Below are positions 46,698 through 56,111 of a stretch of DNA of 63,215 bases, piece by piece (position 1 is the first letter of the stretch; every line of letters begins with the position of its first letter). The DNA is from an uncultured Bacilli bacterium (GTDB lineage: Bacteria; Bacillota_I; Bacilli_A; RFN20; CAG-631). A program made the translations under genes and the position numbers. Under the pieces are notes generated by a model, which searched no databases, was not told the DNA's origin, and was given only the letters and a program-made list of their open reading frames with translations. Location of the stretch: assembly GCA_934202505.1 (NCBI GenBank), contig CAKPXW010000001.1, positions 1-63,215 on the forward strand, read 5' to 3'.

Positions 46698-49600
46698 TTA
46701 TTTTTCTTGTTTAAATAATTTTAATATAAATTCTTTACATTTACTAGGTATTTGTTTAACATTTTTTATAAAATCTTTTAAGTAATCATCACAATATTCT
46801 TTATTGTTTTTACGATATTGATATTCTTTAACGTTTTCAATTTCAAGGATGTTGATTCTTTTTCTTGAATAGACATAATTTAATGCAATAAACATTAAAA
46901 GGCCAAATAAAGAACAAACGATTCCTTCATTTAAATAAGGTGTGTAATATGATAATTCATATTCATTTTCTCCTTTTAATGGAATAAATCCTATGAATCC
47001 ACCATTTACATTAAATATTTCAATTACACTACCATCTTTTTTGTTTTTCAAAGTCCATCCTGTATCATAAGGTATTGTAGTTACAGCTATTTTATCTTCA
47101 TTTGTATTTGTTTTAAATGTAAATGTGTCTTTTTTATAATTAACATCATATAATAAATTGCTTTTTATTTTTTCATATGTTTGGTATATTTTACTTTGAT
47201 ATTGATAATATGTACTCATTGTTGGAATAGAATTTCCACTATTAAATACTTTATCGTATGCTGTATCTTGTACAAATTCTATAACAATCTTATTAATAGG
47301 TTGATTTACATAAAATCCTCTTTGAGTTTTCCATTCATATGATGTCGTAGATAATGATGCTGTAGATACCATATGAGCATCTTGAGTTACAAGAACATCA
47401 TCATTATACATACTAATTAAAACTCTTGGCCCCATTTTAAAACTAAAGTTAATATAGCATTTGTTGTTTTCCGTTGCTAATGGGCAAACACTATTACCAT
47501 TCATTTTTAAAATAATTTGATCACCAAGTCTATTTTTTTCTTCCCATCTTTTATGGAAGAATTGTGAATTACTTGGTAATATTTTGCTTATTTCTGATTT
47601 AGAAATATTTCCATTTGACAATTTATGTTCTTTTCTTGCTGCGATAACATTTTGATTATCTCTTTTTTCATAATCTTCACGTGGTGAAAAATATTTATCC
47701 CAACTTGATTGTGAAACATATTCATAGCCATCTGAATAAGATGTTAATTTATTGAGATTTCCTTTTTCTTGAATTTCATCTATTTTATCACTTTCAATAA
47801 TAGCAGCATCTGAATATAGTTTTTCATAATATGTTGCATAGCTATTTGTTCCAACTGTTGAAGAAGAAATAATACTATCAACCATATAGCCAATTCCTAA
47901 GTGATTAGTGTTCTTATAAACTCTATAATATTTATAATTATCATTAACTAATTCATAGCCCCAAGGTATGTTTTCATTATAATCTTGTCTTGCAGATAAT
48001 TTATTTTGATAATTACCATTTTCATCGTATTCAACTTCCCAATTTTTTCCATCAAATGGTATTGTTAAATCTTTTCCATAATCATAATTATCATTATTAA
48101 TATCTATTTTATTTGTAATATAATATTTGATTCCTAAGTATTGATCAAGGTAATATCTTTTTTCATGATATCCCATAGTCCAACCACCATTGTACCACAT
48201 CTTAGATCTTCTAATAAAATCATTCAATTCTAAGTCATATGTAGAATTAAATGTTGATTGTCCATTATAAGATAATGTTGATGGTAAATTAACGTATAAT
48301 TTAGTAGCCGCTGCATTATATATTCTATAGAAAGAGGCATCTTCTTCTTTTAAATTAGCAATAATATCTTCCATTTCATCATAAGAATCTTGACTCATGT
48401 AATAATTATCCCATTTATAATAACCTTTATGTTCAATAGTTACTGTTGTAGATACACCAACTTCGGCTACAATAATGACAAGCATTATTCTTTTTACAAG
48501 TTCTATTTTAAATATTTTAAAGCGATAAATTGCCCAAACAACAAGCATTAGAATCATTTCTCCAGAAATAACACTTAACATATCCTTTGTAGGTTTCATT
48601 GCTGGATCTTTTTGACTTATCACTAACATATAACCACATAAAATGTAATTAAATATCAGTCCTAAAGTCACAAATCTTCGATCAACTACTTCAAATTTAT
48701 CTATTGTAGGGATAATATACAAAATAGCAACTGCAGTTACCCATATTTCCCATCTACCATACAAACTTGTAAAACCAAAAGCTATATAAGTTGTAATTGG
48801 TAAAAATGGAATAATTATTCCCATTATAACACCAAATATTTCCCAAGGACGATGTCTTTTTATAGTTTGAATTATGCAAGGAATTAACATAATTGTTAAT
48901 GGAGTAGTAACGAATAAACCACCATTACTATTATCAAGCGAAGCAACGTTAAAAGAAGTTGAATTCCAACAACTTGTATTCATAAATAACCAATTTGATA
49001 TTAAATATCCTGTTTGTTGATATGGTTTTATTGTATTACTTCCTAATGTTCTATCTTGCCATATAGTTAAATATTTAAAGAATGCCACTAAATTATCTTT
49101 AGATAATATTTCTTTTAATGGTTTTAATGAGCCAAGTATTAAACTGCCATTTTCTCTTTTTGGATCTTGAAAGAAAAATGATAAAAAATCTGTCAAATAT
49201 GGTGTTTGTGTTCTACTAATTCCCATAGCTACATTTAAAGATGGGAATAATACAAAGAAAGTCATTATAATACCAGTTGCATAATATAACATTCCTTGAA
49301 ATAGTACAGACCATCTTGTTTTTGCATTATATCCACGTTTTTTTGATATGCCATAAATATAAACCCATCTATAAACAGAATAGAAAAAACCAAATATTGA
49401 AAAATTAATTAGAAAGAAATAATTTGTTATTCCAATTAAAAATAATCCTAATGTTAAAAGCCAACCTTTTCTTTCTTTTAATAGTTTTTCGACTCCCATT
49501 AAAAATAAAGGAAATAAAGCTACTATATCGCTAAAATGAAACCATAAGTAAAATAAAGAATATCCTGATAAGCAATAAGCAAATCCACCCGCCCAAGACA

Positions 49601-50033
49601 TCTTGGTAGAAACATGAAAATATTTTTTTAATAAAATATAGAAAAAGAAACCACCTAAGGCATATTTAAATACCATATGGAATAAAATACCTTGGTATAA
49701 AAATTTTCTTGGCCATAAACATAAAAGATAAAATAAAGGTGAAAATGTATAATAAAAACTTTGTGAGCCATAATAATTTGAACCTAAAAAATTAGAAAAA
49801 TCAAACATTGGTGCTGTCTTTCCATGCTTAACAAAATCCCAAAATAAATTATATCCTTGTGCATAGAATGCATAAGTTTGCATATGATAATCACCATACA
49901 TTGGTAATGTAAAACTATTGGATTTAGCTGTTACTAAAAAACAAATTAATGCAACTAAATACATTAATACAAATGCTACAAAATTTTCGCGTTTAATTAT
50001 TCTATTATAATATTCTTTAAATTTTTTTTTCAT
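46698..50033 (-). CDS. YfhO-family polytopic membrane glycosyltransferase, unusually long (1111 aa)
   Basis: N-terminal polytopic region of about 13 TMs, a large extracytoplasmic domain and a final TM. Divergent from a GtrB/CsbB-like GT2 gene. Confidence 0.7.
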   Translation of the reverse strand: MKKKFKEYYNRIIKRENFVAFVLMYLVALICFLVTAKSNSFTLPMYGDYHMQTYAFYAQGYNLFWDFVKHGKTAPMFDFSNFLGSNYYGSQSFYYTFSPLFYLLCLWPRKFLYQGILFHMVFKYALGGFFFYILLKKYFHVSTKMSWAGGFAYCLSGYSLFYLWFHFSDIVALFPLFLMGVEKLLKERKGWLLTLGLFLIGITNYFFLINFSIFGFFYSVYRWVYIYGISKKRGYNAKTRWSVLFQGMLYYATGIIMTFFVLFPSLNVAMGISRTQTPYLTDFLSFFFQDPKRENGSLILGSLKPLKEILSKDNLVAFFKYLTIWQDRTLGSNTIKPYQQTGYLISNWLFMNTSCWNSTSFNVASLDNSNGGLFVTTPLTIMLIPCIIQTIKRHRPWEIFGVIMGIIIPFLPITTYIAFGFTSLYGRWEIWVTAVAILYIIPTIDKFEVVDRRFVTLGLIFNYILCGYMLVISQKDPAMKPTKDMLSVISGEMILMLVVWAIYRFKIFKIELVKRIMLVIIVAEVGVSTTVTIEHKGYYKWDNYYMSQDSYDEMEDIIANLKEEDASFYRIYNAAATKLYVNLPSTLSYNGQSTFNSTYDLELNDFIRRSKMWYNGGWTMGYHEKRYYLDQYLGIKYYITNKIDINNDNYDYGKDLTIPFDGKNWEVEYDENGNYQNKLSARQDYNENIPWGYELVNDNYKYYRVYKNTNHLGIGYMVDSIISSSTVGTNSYATYYEKLYSDAAIIESDKIDEIQEKGNLNKLTSYSDGYEYVSQSSWDKYFSPREDYEKRDNQNVIAARKEHKLSNGNISKSEISKILPSNSQFFHKRWEEKNRLGDQIILKMNGNSVCPLATENNKCYINFSFKMGPRVLISMYNDDVLVTQDAHMVSTASLSTTSYEWKTQRGFYVNQPINKIVIEFVQDTAYDKVFNSGNSIPTMSTYYQYQSKIYQTYEKIKSNLLYDVNYKKDTFTFKTNTNEDKIAVTTIPYDTGWTLKNKKDGSVIEIFNVNGGFIGFIPLKGENEYELSYYTPYLNEGIVCSLFGLLMFIALNYVYSRKRINILEIENVKEYQYRKNNKEYCDDYLKDFIKNVKQIPSKCKEFILKLFKQEK

Positions 50034-50061
50034 CTTTTTTACCTACATTTTTATTATAAAC

Positions 50062-50089
50062 AAAAGTATTTATAACTACAAATACTTTT
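50062..50089. repeat. Perfect 10-bp inverted repeat (8-nt spacer) in the yfhO-like leader / divergent promoter region
   Basis: aaaagtattt-ataactac-aaatactttt. Confidence 0.6.
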
Positions 50090-50140
50090 AACTATTTAGA
50101 TGTAAATATTTTAATTTTTTTTATAAAAAAGACTTATTGT

Positions 50141-50169
50141 TTGCAACGTCTAAATAAATAAAGTACAAT
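50141..50169 (+). promoter_or_regulatory. Candidate sigma-A promoter of the GT2 gene
   Basis: TTGCAA, 17 nt, TACAAT. Located about 24 nt before the ATG at 50193. Confidence 0.5.
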
Positions 50170-50192
50170 ATACATTAAGGAAGGTGTTTAGA

Positions 50193-51134
50193 ATGTCAGA
50201 ACTTATTTCAATAGTAGTTCCTTGTTACAATGAACAAGAATCACTACCAATATTTTATAATACCATCGTTCCTATTTTAACCAATATAAAATGTTCTTAT
50301 GAACTTATTTTTGTAGATGATGGGTCAAAAGATGATACTTCAAAAATCATGAAAAATCTTGCCGAAAAAGATAAAAATGTAAAATATATAATTTTTTCAC
50401 GTAACTTTGGTAAAGAGTCTGCTATGTATGCTGGACTTGAAGGAGCCACCGGCGATTATGTCGCAGTTATGGATGTCGATTTACAAGACCCTCCAGAAAA
50501 ATTAGTAGAAATGTATTCTTTAATAAAAAATGAAGGATATGATTGTGTCGCAACAAGAAGAGTAACTAGAAAAGGAGAGCCTAAAATTCGTTCTTGGTTT
50601 GCAAGAATGTTTTATAAAATTATTAATAAATATACGCAATGTGAAATTGTCGATGGTGCTAGAGATTTTCGTTTAATGAAAAGAAAAATGGTTGATGCCA
50701 TTTTAAAAATGCAAGAATATAATAGGTTTTCTAAAGGGATATTTAGTTGGGCTGGATTCAAAGTAAAATGGCTTGAATATGAAAATATAGAAAGAGTCGC
50801 CGGGGAAACAAAATGGAATTTTAAAAAATTATTTGTTTATGCGATTGAAGGTTTTATGTCCTTTACTCTTGCTCCTTTATATTTTATTATTAAATTTGGA
50901 CTTTCTTTATTATTGCTAGATATTCTTGCTATAATTATTTTAACTATATGTCATTTTGTCATAACTACTTTTGTTTATTCAAATACTTTAATATTAATAA
51001 CTATATTTACTTTACTTATTTCATTATTAATTATTTGCCTAGGTATTTGTGCTATGTATCAAGCAAAAATATACACAGAATGTAAAAAAAGGCCAATATA
51101 TATTACATCAGAGGATAATTTAAAAAAGAAGTAG
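50193..51134 (+). CDS. GT2 polyprenyl-phosphate glycosyltransferase (CsbB/GtrB-like)
   Basis: VVPCYNE, DVDLQDP (DxD) and two C-terminal TMs. Start moved to ATG 50193 (AAGGAAGG upstream; the track start is GTG). Confidence 0.85.
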   Translation: MSELISIVVPCYNEQESLPIFYNTIVPILTNIKCSYELIFVDDGSKDDTSKIMKNLAEKDKNVKYIIFSRNFGKESAMYAGLEGATGDYVAVMDVDLQDPPEKLVEMYSLIKNEGYDCVATRRVTRKGEPKIRSWFARMFYKIINKYTQCEIVDGARDFRLMKRKMVDAILKMQEYNRFSKGIFSWAGFKVKWLEYENIERVAGETKWNFKKLFVYAIEGFMSFTLAPLYFIIKFGLSLLLLDILAIIILTICHFVITTFVYSNTLILITIFTLLISLLIICLGICAMYQAKIYTECKKRPIYITSEDNLKKK

Positions 51135-51165
51135 TTAATACTTCTTTTATTATAGGAGGATATTT

Positions 51166-52377
51166 ATGATCAAATTGTTAGTTAGATTATTTATTAAAGA
51201 TTATAATAACGTAGAAGATCCTAAAGTTAGAGAAAAATATGGTGTTCTAGGAGGAATTCTTGGAATTATATGTAACATTCTTCTTTTTGTAATAAAACTT
51301 ATTATTGGATTTATTATGAATTCTATTGCTATTTTATCAGATGCATTTAACAATTTAACAGATATGTTTTCTTCAGGAATTGGAATAATTAGTGCTAAAT
51401 TATCTTCAAAAAAGCCAGATAAAAAACATCCTTTTGGTCATGGAAGATTTGAATATATTGCAACACTAATAGTATCTTTTATTATTATTATGGTTGGATT
51501 TGAACTTTTTTCTTCTTCCATAAATAAAATAATTGATGGAATAAAAGGACAAACTACACCATTAAATTTTTCTATCACTGCTATTATAATATTAAGCATT
51601 TCTATATTAATCAAAATTTGGATGGCTTACTATAATCATTATCTTGGTAAAAAGATAAATTCATCAATGTTAAAAGCAACTACTACTGATTCACTTTCTG
51701 ATATATTAACTTCAAGTGCTGTAATTATAACTACTTTAATTGCCAATTTTCTATTAAAAGATTATTATTTTTATTTAGATGGCGGAATCGGAATTATAGT
51801 AGCTACCATAATTTGTATTAATGGTATTAAAATTATTGCTTCATCAACTAATGATATATTAGGAAAAGGGGCTACAAAAGAAGAAATTGATAAAATTAAT
51901 TCATTTTTACTTTCTGATCCTCATATTTTAGGTACTCACGACTTAATAGTTCATGATTATGGACCAGGAAGAAAGATGGTAACTGTTCATTGTGAAGTTG
52001 ACGAAAATGAAAATTTTAGAAAAATTCATGAAATAATTGATGCTTTAGAAACTAAAGCTTATGAACAATTAAATCTTCAATTAGTTATTCATATGGATCC
52101 TATTAGCACAACATCAGATACTGTTAAACAACTTAATCTATATGTTAAAGATATTTTATCTTCTATAGATTCCTCTTTATCATTTCACGATCTTAGAATA
52201 ACTGATGGTGATGAAAACATTAATATTATCTTTGATTTGGTTGTTCCTTTTGACTACTCAATCGAAAAAATTCATAACACAATTGATACAATTCAAAGTA
52301 AATTAAAAGAAAAAGACAAGAGATTCTCAACTGTAATAAAAATTGATCATCTTCTTGTCGATAATAGTGACAACTAA
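51166..52377 (+). CDS. Cation diffusion facilitator family transporter
   Basis: Six TMs, HPFGHGRFEY motif, and a C-terminal cytoplasmic domain. Confidence 0.85.
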   Translation: MIKLLVRLFIKDYNNVEDPKVREKYGVLGGILGIICNILLFVIKLIIGFIMNSIAILSDAFNNLTDMFSSGIGIISAKLSSKKPDKKHPFGHGRFEYIATLIVSFIIIMVGFELFSSSINKIIDGIKGQTTPLNFSITAIIILSISILIKIWMAYYNHYLGKKINSSMLKATTTDSLSDILTSSAVIITTLIANFLLKDYYFYLDGGIGIIVATIICINGIKIIASSTNDILGKGATKEEIDKINSFLLSDPHILGTHDLIVHDYGPGRKMVTVHCEVDENENFRKIHEIIDALETKAYEQLNLQLVIHMDPISTTSDTVKQLNLYVKDILSSIDSSLSFHDLRITDGDENINIIFDLVVPFDYSIEKIHNTIDTIQSKLKEKDKRFSTVIKIDHLLVDNSDN

Positions 52378-52389
52378 TTTATTTGATTC

Positions 52390-52956
52390 TTACCATTCTT
52401 TTGTTTTTGCTGTTTTATAGGCACCATAGGCAATAAATATATATGAAGTAATCAATAAGAATGTGCTAATGCAATTTGTTACATCAAATGATCCATTATT
52501 AACTAAATTAATAATTACCATTACAATATAAGAAATTCCAATAAATGTTGCATAAACGCCTGTTGATATTGCAAGAACCATTCCTACTAATTTTTCATGA
52601 ATAAACATGTACACAAAGCCACAAATAATTATTAATGTCCATGTCATTGTAATTATGCCATTAAAAATAGTATTAACCTTTGCCGAGCCAAAGTTAAAAG
52701 AATATTTTCCATATAAGATGATTAATAAAATAGCTGGTGCTAAAACTTTTATTGTCCCTTTGCAATTTTGTTGTGCAAAAACAAAATAACAATAAAATCC
52801 AACTAATACTATTAATGTAAATACCCCAACAATAAAATTTAAAACATCACTTGTTGATGGTACTCCACCTTCTATTAAAAACTTGATAAGCATTAATAAC
52901 CCTGCTAATAAAAAAGCTATTTTTGAGTAATTTTTTCTTGGTTGATTCGTAGACAT
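52390..52956 (-). CDS. Hypothetical polytopic membrane protein
   Basis: 188 aa with five or six hydrophobic helices and a strong SD (GGAGGAAA). No family recognised. Confidence 0.5.
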   Translation of the reverse strand: MSTNQPRKNYSKIAFLLAGLLMLIKFLIEGGVPSTSDVLNFIVGVFTLIVLVGFYCYFVFAQQNCKGTIKVLAPAILLIILYGKYSFNFGSAKVNTIFNGIITMTWTLIIICGFVYMFIHEKLVGMVLAISTGVYATFIGISYIVMVIINLVNNGSFDVTNCISTFLLITSYIFIAYGAYKTAKTKEW

Positions 52957-53045
52957 TTTATTTCCTCCTATTTTTTTATTATATATTATTAAATATTTTT
53001 TTTAAATAAAAGATGCCTATTTTTAATAAGCATCTTTTTATCTTT

Positions 53046-54116
53046 TTAATATTTGATAACTACTTCATGTCCAGTTTTAGCTGATTCATAAATAGCATCT
53101 AATATTTTCATTAAAACTACTCCATCTTCAGCTGGCGCAAGACATTTAGCATGATTTACTATGCAATCATAGAAATGATTTATTTCATTAGCAAACATTA
53201 CTCCAAATACATCATCATTATCAATGATTGGAGTTATATTACACATATAATCATCTACATCTTTAAATATTTGTAGATTTGGTTCTACTTCTGCACCACC
53301 TTTTGTTCCAAAAGCTTCGAGTTTAGTAATGCTTTCTTTAATATTTAAAGTAAACGAAGCTTCAACTTCAAGAACACTTCCATTATCAAATCTAATCATA
53401 GCAATAGCACTATCTTCAACATCACAAATATCTTTGTTTGGATCATAATCTGCAGGATGATATCTATTAATACCTTTAATATAATTTTTATCGCCCAATT
53501 TATTAAATGTTGCTCCATAAACAGATACTGGTAATGGTCTTCCCATTAAATATCTTGATAAATCAATTACATGAACACCTAAATCAATAAGTGGTCCACC
53601 ACCAGATCTTTTTTTATCAGCAAACCATCCACCTGGATTACCTATTCTTCTTGTGTAAGTTGCTTTCATTAAATAAATATCACCAAAAGTATCTGATTTT
53701 ATAAAATCTTGCACTGTTTGTGTAGTTTTAGCAAAACGTTTTACAAATCCTACTTGTAAAACAACACCTTGTTTTTTTGCTTCATCAGCCATTTCTTGAG
53801 CTTGTTTGCTATCCATTGCCATAGGCTTTTCACATAAAACATGTTTTTTTGCTTTTAAAGCTTTCATCGTACATTCATAATGTCCATTATTCCATGTACA
53901 AACACTTACAGCTTCAATATCTTCTTGCTTTAACATTTCATCAATAGAGCCATAATAATGTTCAATATTATAATCTTTTGCATATTTTTTGGCTCTTTCT
54001 AGATTAATATCACAACAAGCAACAATTTTGATATTTGGGTTTTTTTGATAAGATTGTGTGTGACTATGTGAAATACTTCCACAGCCTACAATAGCAACAT
54101 GTAGAATCTTATTCAT
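53046..54116 (-). CDS. Gfo/Idh/MocA-family NAD(P)-dependent oxidoreductase
   Basis: Rossmann VAIVGCGSIS and EKP motifs. Start moved to ATG 54116 (GGAGGT 7 nt upstream), 1 nt after the stop of the upstream gene. Confidence 0.85.
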   Translation of the reverse strand: MNKILHVAIVGCGSISHSHTQSYQKNPNIKIVACCDINLERAKKYAKDYNIEHYYGSIDEMLKQEDIEAVSVCTWNNGHYECTMKALKAKKHVLCEKPMAMDSKQAQEMADEAKKQGVVLQVGFVKRFAKTTQTVQDFIKSDTFGDIYLMKATYTRRIGNPGGWFADKKRSGGGPLIDLGVHVIDLSRYLMGRPLPVSVYGATFNKLGDKNYIKGINRYHPADYDPNKDICDVEDSAIAMIRFDNGSVLEVEASFTLNIKESITKLEAFGTKGGAEVEPNLQIFKDVDDYMCNITPIIDNDDVFGVMFANEINHFYDCIVNHAKCLAPAEDGVVLMKILDAIYESAKTGHEVVIKY

Positions 54117-54117
54117 A

Positions 54118-55425
54118 TTAATTACCTCCATTTCCATAATAACGATTATAACGTTTACTTAATTCTATATATGATAAGATAAAGTACAATATTATCATAG
54201 CACAAACAAATAAACTAAAGTATCTTTGAATGTAATAAACAAAATAATTTATATACATTCCTTGAAATTTTGAACTTTTTTTATCATACAAATACAACTT
54301 TCCCTTTTTTAAAAGAAAAGTTCCATTGCTACTACTATAAAAATAGTTAGCTTTTTTGTTTATTTCTTTTATTGTAAGGTAATCATTAGTACTATCAATT
54401 TTTATATCTCCTATATATGATAAATTATCAGAGTCTTTAATAATAAATGCATACCTTCCTGTTGAATAAATCTCTTCTATATTTTTTGAATTTGGTATCT
54501 CAGTAATAATATTACTATTTGAAAATAATAAATTTTTCTCATCAATTCCAAATAATTTATTATCATATGTCAATAAAATACAAGAATAATCAATAGTTAC
54601 TATTTGTTTTACATTTTTAATTAAATCATTTTCTTGCTTACTATTTTCTATATTTAATTTATAAATAGTAAATATATATTCTTCATCTATTACTTCTTTT
54701 TGATTTAAACTTTCTGTTTCTAAATAAATGTAGTTTAATGTATCATTTTGATTTACATAATATATTTTACTTTCTATTTTTTCACCAATCATTTTGGAAG
54801 TAGCAACAAATGCATATTTTATATTTTTTATATTTAAGTTTATTTTATATATTTCATTATCTTGCAAGTACATGTAAATTAAATTATTATCTTTATCTTT
54901 TATAAGAATATTTTCAGCTACATTATATATTTCACTAACATTTTTAAATAATAACTTAAACTCTTTAGTATAATTTGATAAAAAATATACATCTCCATTA
55001 TTTAATAATACTAGTGTATAGCCTTTTTCGCCATTTACATTATCAGCATATCCTTTAACATCGATTATTTTACTAGGAAAACTATAATTTAATTTTATAA
55101 AATTATACTCATGTGCTGTTGCATCACCATATGCATTTGAAACATTTTTTATATTGCTATATTTATTTAAATGTGAAGAATCAAAACTTTTATTTTGACT
55201 ATAATATAAATTATTCTTTTTACTAACTAAATAAGTTGTATCATTATTATTAGAAGTTATAAAATCTATTTTTTCCATTGAAAAATCATTTCTAACTCCT
55301 TTAGAATAATAGCAAACTGGAAGCAAAGATAAAATAAAAGCAATCAAAAAAAAGCAAAAAAAGATAAAGGCTATTTTTGTGTTTTTTTCTTTTATATAAA
55401 TTGTAAAATTACTTTCTTTTCTCAT
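54118..55425 (-). CDS. Hypothetical protein: N-terminal TM, ~340-aa repeat-rich ectodomain, C-terminal TM
   Basis: About seven recurrences of a hydrophobic-strand/N-G-turn/aromatic motif (e.g. LVLLNNGDVYFLS, IKDKDNNLIYMY, LLTYDNKLFGI, IIKDSDNLSYIG, LLKKGKLYLYD). No SD before the ATG. Confidence 0.5.
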   Translation of the reverse strand: MRKESNFTIYIKEKNTKIAFIFFCFFLIAFILSLLPVCYYSKGVRNDFSMEKIDFITSNNNDTTYLVSKKNNLYYSQNKSFDSSHLNKYSNIKNVSNAYGDATAHEYNFIKLNYSFPSKIIDVKGYADNVNGEKGYTLVLLNNGDVYFLSNYTKEFKLLFKNVSEIYNVAENILIKDKDNNLIYMYLQDNEIYKINLNIKNIKYAFVATSKMIGEKIESKIYYVNQNDTLNYIYLETESLNQKEVIDEEYIFTIYKLNIENSKQENDLIKNVKQIVTIDYSCILLTYDNKLFGIDEKNLLFSNSNIITEIPNSKNIEEIYSTGRYAFIIKDSDNLSYIGDIKIDSTNDYLTIKEINKKANYFYSSSNGTFLLKKGKLYLYDKKSSKFQGMYINYFVYYIQRYFSLFVCAMIILYFILSYIELSKRYNRYYGNGGN

Positions 55426-55439
55426 ATAAATATAATATT

Positions 55440-55464
55440 TAAAAAGGTACTATTCATGTACCTT
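55440..55464 (-). terminator. Hairpin plus T-run immediately after the jag stop codon
   Basis: Minus strand aaggtac-N7-gtacctt followed by TTTTT. Only about 14 nt remain before the next ATG. Confidence 0.55.
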
Positions 55465-55465
55465 C

Positions 55466-56095
55466 TTATTCTTCATTTTTATTTACTTTATTTTCAACAT
55501 ATTCAATAGTAATATGCCTATCTTTTCCTTCACCAACAGAAATTGTTCGAACATTTCTAAAACCTACTAATGCATTATGAATAACTCTTCTTTCATCAGC
55601 ACTCATAGGTTCTAAAGATGCAGTTATTTTTGTTTTACTTACTTTTATTGCTTCTCTTTTAGCTATGGATTTTAATTTTGCATATTTATCTTCTTTATAA
55701 TCATTAATGTCAAGTAAGATTCTAATTCTTTTCTTAAATGTAGTGCTAGCAGCACAACGACATAATTCATTTAAAGCTTGTAATGTGTGTCCATTTTTAC
55801 CAATTAATATGGAATTATTACTAGAAACAATTTTAATTCTAATTAATCCTTCTGTAAATGATGGAGTTAATTTAACATCTAAGCCTATTTTAGTAATAAT
55901 AGTTTGTAAATAATCCAAAACAAAATCAATAATCATTGCATCTGAATAGCAAGTTATTTCAACAGATTTGATTCTTCCAAATAGGCCTTTATTTTCGACT
56001 TCATTTACAACATAAATGTTTTCTTCTGGAACCTTTAACTCACTGCTTGCAAGTTTTAAAGCCTCCAATCTTGTTTTACCAACAAAAGTTTTCAT
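55466..56095 (-). CDS. khpB: RNA-binding protein Jag/KhpB (Jag-N, KH, R3H)
   Basis: R3H motif (ERRVIHNAL) and position downstream of yidC. Confidence 0.9.
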   Translation of the reverse strand: MKTFVGKTRLEALKLASSELKVPEENIYVVNEVENKGLFGRIKSVEITCYSDAMIIDFVLDYLQTIITKIGLDVKLTPSFTEGLIRIKIVSSNNSILIGKNGHTLQALNELCRCAASTTFKKRIRILLDINDYKEDKYAKLKSIAKREAIKVSKTKITASLEPMSADERRVIHNALVGFRNVRTISVGEGKDRHITIEYVENKVNKNEE

Positions 56096-56111
56096 ATTTA
56101 ATCGACTCCTT

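Noticed and set aside
50022-50030. A9 homopolymer immediately after the yfhO-like start codon as a phase-variation switch. Similar A/T runs occur at several other gene starts, e.g. 12504..12517.
   Set aside because: MKKK.. N-termini and A/T runs of 8-10 are frequent throughout this AT-rich window. Without population-level length variation there is no support for phase variation.
54118-54137. Apparent 20-nt overlap between the 435-aa ORF and the oxidoreductase ORF in the track.
   Set aside because: The oxidoreductase most likely starts at ATG 54116 (GGAGGT 7 nt upstream), which gives a 1-nt gap. This is translational coupling rather than overlap, a frameshift or a fusion.
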